Numbered from the stretch's first letter, positions 41,121 through 53,757 are shown. The stretch: 64,000 nt of DNA from a bacterium (GCA_021780675.1 JAJXYH010000013.1:593-64592), one strand, 5' to 3'. Made by a program: numbers and translations. The notes: generated from the letters alone by a model not told the origin.

Positions 41121-41621
41121 ATGTCAATCTATTTGCCCCAAAGATGTATAATAAATGTGATGAAGGTATCTGATGTATTTCAAAAGAATATCGGGTACAC
41201 CACTCCAGAATCCACGCTTATAGAGGCGGCAAAATATATTTTTGGTCACGGTCATAAAGGAATACCAGTTGTTAAGAAAAACTCTAAGAAACTAATCGGT
41301 TTTATTACCGAACAGGATATACTATCTCAGCTTTTCCCGCAAGTTCAAAGCTTATTTGAAGATTATATTCATGAAAGGGACTTTGAGGAAATGGAAATGA
41401 ATATAAAACCCATATTAAAAAGAAGGGTTAAGGAGGTCATGACTAGAACAATTATTGCAATTCATGTTGATGAACCGCTTCTTAAAGCTGAGTCTATCAT
41501 GAAATTAAAAGACATATCACGCTTACCTGTTATCGATAGCAAGGGTACGCTTTTGGGAATAATATCAAAAGTAGACATTTTTAGAGCCTTGGTGAGCCAC
41601 AAATTGAGAGGTTTTAAATAA
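41121..41621 (+). CDS. CBS-domain pair protein.
   Basis: Two tandem CBS motifs (GIPVVKKNSKKLIGFIT and RLPVIDSKGTLLGIIS). Confidence 0.7.
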   Translation: MSIYLPQRCIINVMKVSDVFQKNIGYTTPESTLIEAAKYIFGHGHKGIPVVKKNSKKLIGFITEQDILSQLFPQVQSLFEDYIHERDFEEMEMNIKPILKRRVKEVMTRTIIAIHVDEPLLKAESIMKLKDISRLPVIDSKGTLLGIISKVDIFRALVSHKLRGFK

Positions 41622-41670
41622 ACTTAATTGACTACTTTATAAATAAGTAAAATTTGATTAAAATAAGAAT

Positions 41671-43611
41671 ATGACTGCCCTAAAAAGAGCTGCGGAAAAT
41701 CCAATTTTAATTCCTAACCCACAAAATGATTGGGAACATGACGGTGCATTTAATGGCTGTGTCGTATACGCCGAAGGAACATACCACATGGTATACAGAG
41801 CCCTTTCTTCTTCTAAAAAAAGGAATGGTGTAAATATGCAGGTTTCATCGGTAGGTTATGCCAAAAGCGATGACGGAGTAATATTTAAAGATCAAAGACT
41901 TTTATTTGGTCCCACAGAAGATTGGGATACTTACGGATGTGAGGATCCTAGAATTACTTATCTAGATGGTAAATTTTATATTTTCTATACTGCTCTTTCT
42001 ACCTATCCATTTTCAGCTTTTGGCATAAAATTGGGAGTTGCAGTCACTAAAGACTTTACGTCTTTTGAAAAACACCCCGTTACCACTTTTAATTCTAAAG
42101 CCATGGCATTATTCCCCGAAAAAATAAATGGTAAATTCGTGGCAATACTTACTAAAGATACAGATCAGCCTCCGGCTAAAATAACCATTGCGGAATTTGA
42201 TAAAGAAGAGGACATTTATTCTGCTGATTATTGGAATAATTGGAAAGAAAAGGTTTACGATCATATTGTTTATTTACTTAGAGATATTCACGATCAAGTA
42301 GAATTAGGTTCTCCACCAATAAAAACAGAAAAGGGCTGGCTAGTAATTTATTCTTATATTAAAAACTATACTTCCAATAATAAAGAATTTAGAATTGAAG
42401 CAGTTCTTTTAGATCCCAACAATCCGCGTAAAGTAATAGGAAGAACTTCCTCTTCACTTTTAAATCCTGAGGAAAAGTATGAACTTGAGGGAAACGTGAC
42501 CAACGTAATTTTTCCATCAGGAGCAATTATTAAGGATGGGAGGCTATTTGTATATTATGGCGCGGCAGACACTGTTTGTGCACTCGCAACTTGTGATTTA
42601 AACCTACTTTTAAATGAGCTTACCACAGAAGAAAAGCCTCAACAAGAAATAAATCCTAAAAAATTTACCAGGTTTGAAGGTAATCCAATTCTATCACCAA
42701 TTATAGAGCTTGATTGGCAAAAAGAAGGGGTTTTTAACCCTGCAGCAATTTATGAAGACGGAAAAGTACATTTAATTTATAGGGCTCAGGGGGGTGATGG
42801 CACTTCTGTTTTTGGATATGCCTCCAGCAAAGACGGCTTTAATATTGACGAAAACCTTGATTACCCTATTTATACTCCTCGTGAAAGTTTTGAAAAAAAG
42901 GCAGATCCAGAAAAAAATAAAAATGGAAACTCAGGTTGTGAAGATCCGAGAATTACTAAAATTAACGATAGGTATTATCTAACCTACACAGCATATGACG
43001 GTAAAAACCCACCACGGATTGCTTTATCATCTATTTCTATCAATGACTTTTTACATAAAAATTGGAATTGGGAAAAACCAAAGCTAATTTCCCCACCGGG
43101 AGTAGACGACAAAGATTCCTGCATTATCCGAAAAGTTAATAGTAATGGTTTTCTTGCATTTCACCGTCTTGGAGATGTTATTTGGATGGATAACTTACGA
43201 GACTTAGATTTTCCGGAAACTAAATACTTATCGGGTGGAATAATTGCTCAGGCAAGGAAAGACAAATGGGATAATGTTAAGATTGGAATCGGAGCTCCAC
43301 CTATTGAAACAGAGCATGGATGGTTACTAATTTACCATGCGGTATCGGACCCCGGTTTTATGTATAAAGTGGGCGCAATAATGCTTGACTATAATGATCC
43401 TAAAAAGATACTTGCACGTACCGATGAGCCAATTTTTGAACCGGAAAAAGAATATGAATTAAACGGAAGAGTCCCTAACGTAGTATTTCCGTGCGGAGCT
43501 GTCGTAATAAATGATCTTTTATATATTTACTATGGTGGAGCAGATACGGTAACAGGCGTTGCAACAATACCACTAAATACCTTGGTTAATGATATACTAT
43601 TAAAAAAGTAG
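41671..43611 (+). CDS. Tandem GH130-like (five-bladed beta-propeller glycoside phosphorylase/hydrolase) protein.
   Basis: Two homologous halves each start with the NPIL(I/S)P...W(E/Q).(D/E)G.FN motif and contain CEDPRIT...Y.TYTA...GW.IY.. blocks typical of GH130. Confidence 0.55.
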   Translation: MTALKRAAENPILIPNPQNDWEHDGAFNGCVVYAEGTYHMVYRALSSSKKRNGVNMQVSSVGYAKSDDGVIFKDQRLLFGPTEDWDTYGCEDPRITYLDGKFYIFYTALSTYPFSAFGIKLGVAVTKDFTSFEKHPVTTFNSKAMALFPEKINGKFVAILTKDTDQPPAKITIAEFDKEEDIYSADYWNNWKEKVYDHIVYLLRDIHDQVELGSPPIKTEKGWLVIYSYIKNYTSNNKEFRIEAVLLDPNNPRKVIGRTSSSLLNPEEKYELEGNVTNVIFPSGAIIKDGRLFVYYGAADTVCALATCDLNLLLNELTTEEKPQQEINPKKFTRFEGNPILSPIIELDWQKEGVFNPAAIYEDGKVHLIYRAQGGDGTSVFGYASSKDGFNIDENLDYPIYTPRESFEKKADPEKNKNGNSGCEDPRITKINDRYYLTYTAYDGKNPPRIALSSISINDFLHKNWNWEKPKLISPPGVDDKDSCIIRKVNSNGFLAFHRLGDVIWMDNLRDLDFPETKYLSGGIIAQARKDKWDNVKIGIGAPPIETEHGWLLIYHAVSDPGFMYKVGAIMLDYNDPKKILARTDEPIFEPEKEYELNGRVPNVVFPCGAVVINDLLYIYYGGADTVTGVATIPLNTLVNDILLKK

Positions 43612-43656
43612 CTTTAACTTGAGAAGAATAACCATTTCTCCGTATAATTAAACTGT

Positions 43657-44469
43657 ATGTTTAAAAAAATTCTACAACCGCTGATTATTTTTATTACCTT
43701 AATACTAACAGGGGCACTCTTTTTTTCAAATGCAAACGCACAAACTACTTCAAATAATTTTTCTATTACAACCGAAGGTGCCGCAAGCTTAGGTGTTGCC
43801 CAAATTGTTGAACTTGCCCAGAAGGATGTAAAAGATGGAAGTATTGTTTCTTCTTCAAAAGACGGGGTTATTCTTTCAAATACACCTTATGACCCACAAG
43901 TTTTAGGAATTGTTGCAAGAGATGCGGCAATCATATTCTCAACAAGCGATGTCAACAATGGTGTTCCGGTAATTCCCGTTGGGAGAGTTTATGTATTGGT
44001 TTCAACTAAAGACGGTATTATTAAAAAAGGTGATGAAATAACCACCTCAACGATACCGGGTGTTGGTGTAAAAGCCACAAAAGACGGATATGTGCTGGGT
44101 CCTGCTTTAGAAGATTATACTAATACAAAACAGGTTGGAAAAATTGCATTAAATCTTGAACTACATTATTTTAATGCCAAACCCACTTTAGCAGGATCGC
44201 TTTCCGATATTTTTAAATTTGCACTTTTACCTACAAAAGAAGGACCTGCTCCAATTTTTAAATATATAGTTGCAGCGCTGGTTGTTTTAGCATCAGTAAT
44301 CTTTGGTTTCTTAAGCTTTGGAAGAACGGCTGCAAAAGGAGTAGAAGCGTTAGGAAGAAATCCCGCAGCTGGAAGAATTATTCAACTTGGCATTATATTC
44401 AACGTCATTATTGTTATTGCAATAATTATAGCAGGACTTAGTGTTGCCTTTTTAATTCTTAGACTTTGA
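43657..44469 (+). CDS. Secreted hypothetical protein with a C-terminal two-helix membrane hairpin.
   Basis: Signal peptide, about 200-aa extracytoplasmic domain, then helix-GRNPAAGR-helix. Confidence 0.35.
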   Translation: MFKKILQPLIIFITLILTGALFFSNANAQTTSNNFSITTEGAASLGVAQIVELAQKDVKDGSIVSSSKDGVILSNTPYDPQVLGIVARDAAIIFSTSDVNNGVPVIPVGRVYVLVSTKDGIIKKGDEITTSTIPGVGVKATKDGYVLGPALEDYTNTKQVGKIALNLELHYFNAKPTLAGSLSDIFKFALLPTKEGPAPIFKYIVAALVVLASVIFGFLSFGRTAAKGVEALGRNPAAGRIIQLGIIFNVIIVIAIIIAGLSVAFLILRL

Positions 44470-45570
44470 TGCAATAAAATTTTCTATTTCCTCCTTAAAT
44501 CTCTCCTTGGAGAATTTTTGCGACTGCTTATTACAATCCATAGGATTAATCTTTAAACTTTCAAATTTTTTAATAGCGGCGGTTAAACTTTCTGTTGTTA
44601 AATCATTAAATAATATTCCGGTTTTATTATCTATTACTGTTTCTTTAACTCCGCCTGATCGATATGCTATTACCGCTGTCCCCACAGACATTGCCTCAAC
44701 CGGCATAATTCCAAAATCTTCATCCTCTGCCGGGAATATAAAAACCTTTGCTTGCTCATATAACTTCCATTTTTCTTCATCGGTTACTTCACCTAAAAAT
44801 TCTACAGTCGGACCAGCTAATCTTTTTAATTCGCTTCCGTATCCTGAGAATTCTCTTCCAAAAACTTTTAGGGGGAAACCCATTTTTGTACATACCAAGA
44901 CCGCCAGATCTACATGTTTGGGTCTTGCAAGCCTTCCACCGGCCAATAGATAATTACCCTTTTTCTGATTTAAATAACCCTCCTTTACTTGCACAGGAGG
45001 ATAAATTATTTTTGGGTCTCGTCTATAAAATTTTTTAATTCTTTTGGAAACTTCTTCTGAATTAGCAATAAAATAGTCGGGAATTTGAGCTGATTTAAAA
45101 TCTAACAAACGGATAAAATGAATGGGTACTAAACCAACTAGATATAACAACTTTCTCCACCAAACACTTTTCCATGGGGCGGCTGTTGAGTAACCATACA
45201 AATACCTGGGGGGCGTATGACAATAACAAAATAATTTAGCATCCTTTTTCTTTTTAACAAAATTTGGACTTGTATAGGTACCTGTTGCAGATGTAATAAT
45301 CACATCATAATCTGAAAGATCCAAAGACTTAAAAACAAATGGCGCAATTAAACGAAAATAACTAAGTAATTTATTTTTAAAAGGGGTGTTTTGAAACCAA
45401 GTAGTCCTAATATCCATTTTATTAAACCTTTCTCTATGCGAACCTAAAAAGGACGGTGAATAAAATGCTGTATATATTGGAGCTTCAGGATAAATTTCCG
45501 ACAGAGTTTCCAAAACTTTTTCTGCTCCGCCGTACTCTTTTATATAATCATGGACTAATGCAACTTTCAT
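44452..45570 (-). CDS. GT4 (GT-B, retaining) glycosyltransferase.
   Basis: N-terminal MKVALVHDY...GGAE, C-terminal E-x7-E region (FPAEDEDFGIMPVEAM). Confidence 0.75.
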   Translation of the reverse strand: MKVALVHDYIKEYGGAEKVLETLSEIYPEAPIYTAFYSPSFLGSHRERFNKMDIRTTWFQNTPFKNKLLSYFRLIAPFVFKSLDLSDYDVIITSATGTYTSPNFVKKKKDAKLFCYCHTPPRYLYGYSTAAPWKSVWWRKLLYLVGLVPIHFIRLLDFKSAQIPDYFIANSEEVSKRIKKFYRRDPKIIYPPVQVKEGYLNQKKGNYLLAGGRLARPKHVDLAVLVCTKMGFPLKVFGREFSGYGSELKRLAGPTVEFLGEVTDEEKWKLYEQAKVFIFPAEDEDFGIMPVEAMSVGTAVIAYRSGGVKETVIDNKTGILFNDLTTESLTAAIKKFESLKINPMDCNKQSQKFSKERFKEEIENFIASKSKN

Positions 45571-46493
45571 AATAAGCTCATCTGATTATCTTCTTTTTTT
45601 TCCTCTTTTTGTTTTTTTATAATAGGCTTTGAATCAAAAACGGACAGTCTTTTTAATAAACTGCTAAACCCAAGTGATTCAAATTGTTTTTTTAAACCAT
45701 TAGCATCAATATTTGAAATTAAACAATCGTTTTCATTTAATTCAACCGGTGCATCGGTAATAATTGTTGCAAGATTTTTTGACATTACAGCTTGCTCTGC
45801 GTCGTTTGCCAGTTTTTCTTGAAGTTGTGGAAGTAACTCCGATATATGTTTATATAAATTTTCTAGACTTTCATATTTGTTTATAAGCTGCGATGCTGTT
45901 TTTGACCCAATGCCTGTTACTCCCGGATAATTATCTGATGAATCACCAGCCAATGCTTTATAGTCTATGATTTGTTTAGGCTTAAGTCCATACTTTTCTT
46001 TTATTTTTGCTTCATCAAAAAGTATCATATTTGTAATACCAACAACGGGTGCTAAAACTAACACATGAGAGTTAACAAGTTGTAATAAATCTCTGTCTCC
46101 CGAAACAATAATTACTTCAAAATTCTTTTCAACACCCTTTTTAGATAATGTGCCAATTAAATCGTCTGCCTCATATCCCTCAACACCAAAATGAACTATC
46201 TGTGCTTCGTCTAATGATTTATGAATAATATCTATTTGAGGTACTAAATCTTCCGACATTTTTGGTCTTTTTGCCTGATACCCAACATAAATTTGCTTCC
46301 TAAAGGTCGGTGCCTTTTTATCAAAGCATACTATTAAATTTTCAGGTTTTAAGCTTTCAATAATTTTAAAAAGCATGGTAAAAAAACCATAAACTGCATT
46401 TGTTGGTTGTCCTTCCTTGTTATTTAACGGGGGCAGTGCGTGATAAGCTCTGTGGATAATTGCATTACCGTCTATAAGAACGAGTTTCTTCAT
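45567..46493 (-). CDS. Stand-alone 5'-3' exonuclease (Pol I N-terminal-domain / FEN homolog).
   Basis: LIDGNAIIHRAYHALPPL...GQPTNAVYGF is collinear with the Pol I 5'-nuclease domain. 308 aa, no polymerase domain. Confidence 0.8.
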   Translation of the reverse strand: MKKLVLIDGNAIIHRAYHALPPLNNKEGQPTNAVYGFFTMLFKIIESLKPENLIVCFDKKAPTFRKQIYVGYQAKRPKMSEDLVPQIDIIHKSLDEAQIVHFGVEGYEADDLIGTLSKKGVEKNFEVIIVSGDRDLLQLVNSHVLVLAPVVGITNMILFDEAKIKEKYGLKPKQIIDYKALAGDSSDNYPGVTGIGSKTASQLINKYESLENLYKHISELLPQLQEKLANDAEQAVMSKNLATIITDAPVELNENDCLISNIDANGLKKQFESLGFSSLLKRLSVFDSKPIIKKQKEEKKEDNQMSLL

Positions 46494-46508
46494 GAAGCTT
46501 ATTATAAC

Positions 46509-47147
46509 TTATTTAAATGAAGATTGTGATAAAAGTTTTCTGTAAACGTAGGCTTCCGCCACCATTGCAAGTGGCACCGTAATAATCAGTCCAATCAAAA
46601 GACACAAAAATCCTAATATATTAATAAGTCCCAATAAAAGCCCTAATAAAAATAAATTCCATTTAACTCCTTTTGTCATTTCCCAGCTTGCCTTTATAGC
46701 ATCAACTGCATCCATTTTTTTATCAACAATCAAGTATTCCGTAAATTGAAGTTTAATTGAAAAGATAATTCCGGGAATTATTAAAAGAATAAAACCAACT
46801 GCAATTATTAATCCTCTAATAAGAGATGCTAACATAAAATTAAATAATTTTGTAATATAATAAAGGTCTTTATATTCAGGTTTTTTCCTATCAACAAACT
46901 TAAGTATAATATTGACAAACCCCATTGATATAATAGAAGTTACGACCCATGAAACAAGAGCTAACATAAAACTTATTAAGGATTGTTTGTCTGCATTTAG
47001 TGTGTGTTGTATAGATGAAGAAATAACTGTAATAACTCCCCAAATTACAAAAAGTCCGATAAAGAATACGATGTTTTCTTTTGCAATTTTAAAACCAAAA
47101 TTTATTGCTTCTTTTTTTGAAAAACTTCGTTTTTGTGAAGTACTCAT
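46509..47147 (-). CDS. Polytopic membrane protein (DUF975-like).
   Basis: 5 TM helices. No catalytic motif. Confidence 0.35.
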   Translation of the reverse strand: MSTSQKRSFSKKEAINFGFKIAKENIVFFIGLFVIWGVITVISSSIQHTLNADKQSLISFMLALVSWVVTSIISMGFVNIILKFVDRKKPEYKDLYYITKLFNFMLASLIRGLIIAVGFILLIIPGIIFSIKLQFTEYLIVDKKMDAVDAIKASWEMTKGVKWNLFLLGLLLGLINILGFLCLLIGLIITVPLAMVAEAYVYRKLLSQSSFK

Positions 47148-47163
47148 ACATTTATAGTATAAC

Positions 47164-49062
47164 TTACACTTTTACGGTTGCAAGAACTGCTTTTTTGGGG
47201 CCGACAATCCTTTCAAACTCTTCAGATTCAATCGTTTCATTTTTTAATAATTCTTCTGCTAAAACATCCAATTTTGTTTTTAATTTTTTAAGTACTCCGA
47301 TTGCGTTTTCGTATGCATCGTCAGTAATTTTTTTAACTTGTACATCAATCTTAGAGGCCATCTCCGAAGAAACATTAGTTTGCTCGTAAGGATTTCTTCT
47401 GTCTCCATCCAAATTAATAGGCCCAAGTTCACTCATTCCATATTCTACAACCATCGTTCTTGCAACTTCGGTAGCTTTTGCAATATCATCTGACGCTCCT
47501 GTTGTAACTTCTTTAAAAATTAAGCTTTCTGCAGCCCGTCCTCCAAGCATTACCGAAATCTCCTCCAAAAGATGTGTTTTTGTTTCATGTACTCTATCCA
47601 TTGGTTCCATCATTGTATGCCCCAAAGACATTCCCCTTGATACGATTGATATTCTATGCACCGGATCCATATGCGGCATAAACCAAGAAACCAAAGCATG
47701 TCCTGCTTCATGATATGCAGTCATTTTTCTGTCTTCATCCGACTGTAATCTCTTTTTTTCCGGCCCTAGTTTTACTTTAGTTGCTGCTTCTTCCAAGTCC
47801 TTCATATCAATTGATTTCTTGGAAAGTCTTGCTGCTAAAATTGCCGATTCATTAAGCATGTTTTCTAAATCTGCGCCTGAAAAACCTACTGTTCTTTTGG
47901 CAATTTTTTCCCATGAAACGTTACTTGCAAATGGTTTTCCTTTTGCATGGATTGCTAAAATTGCTTCACGGCCTTTAACATCAGGAAATTCTAAAACAAC
48001 CCTTCGATCAAACCTACCGGGCCTTATTAATGCCGGATCTAAAACATCAGGCCTATTAGTTGCGGCAATTACTACTAATTGTTCTGTTGGCGCAAACCCA
48101 TCCATCTCGACCAAAATTTGATTTAATGTTTGCTCTCTTTCATCATGGCCACCCATAAATCCTGTACCGCGTTGTCTTCCGATTGCGTCAACCTCGTCAA
48201 TAAAAATTATTGCAGGCTGTGCTTTTTTGGCGTTGCTAAATAAATCTCTTACCCTTGATGCACCGACTCCAACTAACATTTCCATAAATTCCGATCCCGC
48301 CATTGAAAAAAATGCCACACCTGCCTCACCGGCTGTTGCTCTTGCTAAAAGTGTTTTTCCCGTTCCGCTTGGACCAACCATTAATACTCCTTTTGGAGTC
48401 CTTGCACCCATTGCCTTGTATTTACCCGGGTTTTTCAAAAAATCCACAACTTCTGTTAATTCCTGTTTTGCTTCGTCAACCCCCGCAACATCTGCAAATG
48501 TAGTTCTTGGTGTATCTTTACTAAAAAGCTTTGCAGAAGATTTTCCGAAAGAAAATATGTTATCCTGCGCCCCTCTTGCCTGCCTAAAAATAAACCAGAA
48601 AAACGCAATCATTAAAACAATTGGCAAAACAGATCCTAATATATTTAGCCAGTTATTAAGTGTAGTATCATCTTTTATTACAACACTTGTTTTAGAAAGT
48701 GAAACTCCCGCATTTCTAAATAATTGATAAACATCAGCATTTGTCTCTTTGTAGCTTTCCAGAGTTTCCGTCTTTCCTACCGCATCAATTTTATTTGTGT
48801 ATACATTTATTGTGCTTATTTTCCCACCTTTAACTTCATTTATAAGTGTTGAAAGTGGCACGGTTTTGACATTTTGAAGATTTGTTCCACTTTGAGATCC
48901 TGCGCCAAAAAACAAGAATCCTGTAAAAATTATGAGGAATGCATAAAGAACAATATTTTTCCAGGAAAACTTCATTCTTACTCTTACCTGTTTTAATTTC
49001 TTTGGTTTTTTTATCGTTGCCATAACCTGGAGATTATAACATAAATCGAAGCTAACTAACAA
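47164..49062 (-). CDS. ftsH: ATP-dependent zinc metalloprotease FtsH.
   Basis: Two N-terminal TM helices. AAA Walker A GPSGTGKT, SRH. HEAGH zinc motif. Confidence 0.9.
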   Translation of the reverse strand: MLVSFDLCYNLQVMATIKKPKKLKQVRVRMKFSWKNIVLYAFLIIFTGFLFFGAGSQSGTNLQNVKTVPLSTLINEVKGGKISTINVYTNKIDAVGKTETLESYKETNADVYQLFRNAGVSLSKTSVVIKDDTTLNNWLNILGSVLPIVLMIAFFWFIFRQARGAQDNIFSFGKSSAKLFSKDTPRTTFADVAGVDEAKQELTEVVDFLKNPGKYKAMGARTPKGVLMVGPSGTGKTLLARATAGEAGVAFFSMAGSEFMEMLVGVGASRVRDLFSNAKKAQPAIIFIDEVDAIGRQRGTGFMGGHDEREQTLNQILVEMDGFAPTEQLVVIAATNRPDVLDPALIRPGRFDRRVVLEFPDVKGREAILAIHAKGKPFASNVSWEKIAKRTVGFSGADLENMLNESAILAARLSKKSIDMKDLEEAATKVKLGPEKKRLQSDEDRKMTAYHEAGHALVSWFMPHMDPVHRISIVSRGMSLGHTMMEPMDRVHETKTHLLEEISVMLGGRAAESLIFKEVTTGASDDIAKATEVARTMVVEYGMSELGPINLDGDRRNPYEQTNVSSEMASKIDVQVKKITDDAYENAIGVLKKLKTKLDVLAEELLKNETIESEEFERIVGPKKAVLATVKV

Positions 49063-49073
49063 GGATCCTTAAC

Positions 49074-50048
49074 TTACATCAAGCCTAATTGTTCCTTAGC
49101 TTTGTTTAGTGTTTTCAGTGATTTATTTATGGAATAATCCTTACCTTCATCTAATACTCTTCTTAAATATTTTTCATCACTTCTAATTTGAGTATATTTT
49201 CCCTGTATTTCCTTAAGTTTATCTACAACAAGTTCTGCCAGTAATCCTTTAAACTCTCCATAAGATTTTCCATCCAGCTCATTATATGTAATATCTAATG
49301 ATTGATCTTTAAAAGCGGAGTATATAGCTAATAGATTTGCAATTGCCTCTCCGCCGTTGTCTTTAGAAATTGAGGAATTAGAATCTGTCACAGCTTTTTT
49401 AATCTTTTCTTTAATTTTTTCGACCGTATCCAAAAGATTTATTGTACCCAACGGGTCATTATCGGATTTACTCATTTTTGATAAGGGATTTTGAAGACTC
49501 ATTATTCTTGCCGTATCTTTATGAATAACTGAGTTAGGTAATTTAAAAGTCTGTCCGAATTTTTTATTAAACTTTTCTGCCAAATCTCTGGTAAGTTCTA
49601 TGTGCTGTTTTTGATCTTCGCCAACCGGAACTTCATCTGTTTGATAGAGTAAAATGTCTGATGCCATTAAAACAGGGTAGTCAAAAAGACCAACATTTAC
49701 CTCATGTTTTTCCGACTTTTCCTTAAATTGCGTCATCCTCTCAAGCTGTCCAAACGGGGTAATTGTATTTAAAATCCAGGCAAGTTCCGTATGGTTGGGG
49801 TTTTCCGACTGAATAAAAATTTTTGATTTTCTTGGATCAATTCCGCATGCTAAATAAAGAGCCGCAACCTCTAACACTTTTTCTTTTATTGCTGAAGGAT
49901 TCTGTGGAACAGTTATTGCATGTAAATCTACGACACAAAAAATGCTTTCTGTAAAATCTTGCCCCTTAACCCACTGCGAAATTGCGCCTATATAGTTTCC
50001 AATATGTAAATCTCCGCTTGGCTGAATTCCCGAAAAAACTGTTTTCAT
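49074..50048 (-). CDS. trpS: Tryptophanyl-tRNA synthetase.
   Basis: FSGIQPSG...HIGNY (HIGH-type) and KMSKS (KMSKSDND). Confidence 0.9.
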   Translation of the reverse strand: MKTVFSGIQPSGDLHIGNYIGAISQWVKGQDFTESIFCVVDLHAITVPQNPSAIKEKVLEVAALYLACGIDPRKSKIFIQSENPNHTELAWILNTITPFGQLERMTQFKEKSEKHEVNVGLFDYPVLMASDILLYQTDEVPVGEDQKQHIELTRDLAEKFNKKFGQTFKLPNSVIHKDTARIMSLQNPLSKMSKSDNDPLGTINLLDTVEKIKEKIKKAVTDSNSSISKDNGGEAIANLLAIYSAFKDQSLDITYNELDGKSYGEFKGLLAELVVDKLKEIQGKYTQIRSDEKYLRRVLDEGKDYSINKSLKTLNKAKEQLGLM

Positions 50049-50077
50049 ATCAATATCTTAACACAAAATTCTATTCA

Positions 50078-50353
50078 TTATACATTTTTAAAATTCCCCT
50101 TTTGGATTTCCCGTGCACCTCTTGTTACGGTAGCAACACCAACTTGAATAGTTTTTGAAACTTCTTGTTGCGGAATTCCACGTTTTAACATTTTAACTAT
50201 TAAAAGCCTGTTGGATATTTCTTCCAGCTCTTTTGGTGTTAAAATTCCATGCAAGAAAGTATTAATTTCATCTTTTGTTTTTAGTCGTGAAATGAAATTA
50301 ACAAGATCTTCCAAGTTCTTTTCTTTATTATTACTATTTAATAATATTTTCAT
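50078..50353 (-). CDS. TrpR-related YerC/YecD-family DNA-binding protein.
   Basis: 91 aa. The LTPKELEEISNRL...G.SQQEVSKTIQVGVATVTRGAREI helix-turn-helix matches the YerC/YecD (Trp-repressor-like) family. Confidence 0.65.
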   Translation of the reverse strand: MKILLNSNNKEKNLEDLVNFISRLKTKDEINTFLHGILTPKELEEISNRLLIVKMLKRGIPQQEVSKTIQVGVATVTRGAREIQKGNFKNV

Positions 50354-50398
50354 AAAAAATCTTCCTAAACAATAAAAATTTTATATTTATTATTATTT

Positions 50399-50436
50399 GT
50401 ACATACTAGTATACTAATATTAATAATAAATGTCAA
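50399..50436 (-). promoter_or_regulatory. Promoter (TTGACA, 17 nt, TATACT) whose -10 and +1 are covered by a perfect palindrome containing the ACTAGT core. Candidate TrpR-type operator.
   Basis: Minus-strand reading gives TTGACAtttattattaatattagTATACTAGTATGTAC. ATACTAGTAT (50403-50412) and TAGTATACTA are perfect palindromes. The E. coli TrpR operator core is ACTAGT. Confidence 0.4.
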
Positions 50437-50463
50437 TTCAATATGTAATGGATGTATAAAATG

Positions 50464-52974
<2,511 letters not shown>

Positions 52975-52978
<4 letters not shown>

Positions 52979-53757
52979 AAGAGAGAAATTTTCTCAATTT
53001 TACCACTCTTTGTCAATTTATCAACATGAAACCCTATCGCATTCAAACCCCCTGTTGTATAAAAATTATATCTTGCTTTATTGGAATTAGAAAGAATTTT
53101 ATTGTTATTTAATATTCTTTCAACTTGTCTAACAACAGCTCCTGCTGAATCTAAAATTAAAACATTTGGCAACTTTTTTTTAATTTTTGAATAAATTAAC
53201 GGAAAATGGGAACATCCTAAAGCCAAAACATCAACCTTTTTTTCAATAAATGGCTTTAATTCCTTTTCTAATATTTTATCTATTGATACAAAATCCGGAT
53301 TTTCTATCTTCTCAACTAAATTATCTGAACCGATACTTATAACAGTATTTTCTTTTGCAAATTCATTGATTAATTTTTTTTGATATTTACTTTTTGCCGT
53401 AACCTTTGTTGAAAAAATGCCAATCTTTCCACTTTTTGAATTATTTATTGCTGTTTTTACCACAGGAACTATTCCTACAACCGGCAAATTAGGGTAATAT
53501 TTCCTTAATTTTTCTATTGACGTAACAGTTATTGTATTACAAGCTATTAAAAGTAATTTAATATTTTTGCTAAGTAGATAATCAACCATTTTTTTAGTTA
53601 ATTTATAGATTTCTTCCGCTGATTTTTGTCCATAAGGACAATTTTTAGAATCAGCAATATAAACAATTGATTCTTTAGGAAGTTTTTTTATTAAAACCGA
53701 GGCAATTGATAGGCCACCAATGCCAGAATCTATAATTCCAATTGGCTTATTATTCAT
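52975..53757 (-). CDS. murI: Glutamate racemase.
   Basis: GIIDSGIGGLS N-terminus. Catalytic Cys motifs (NCPYG... and GCSHFP). Confidence 0.85.
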
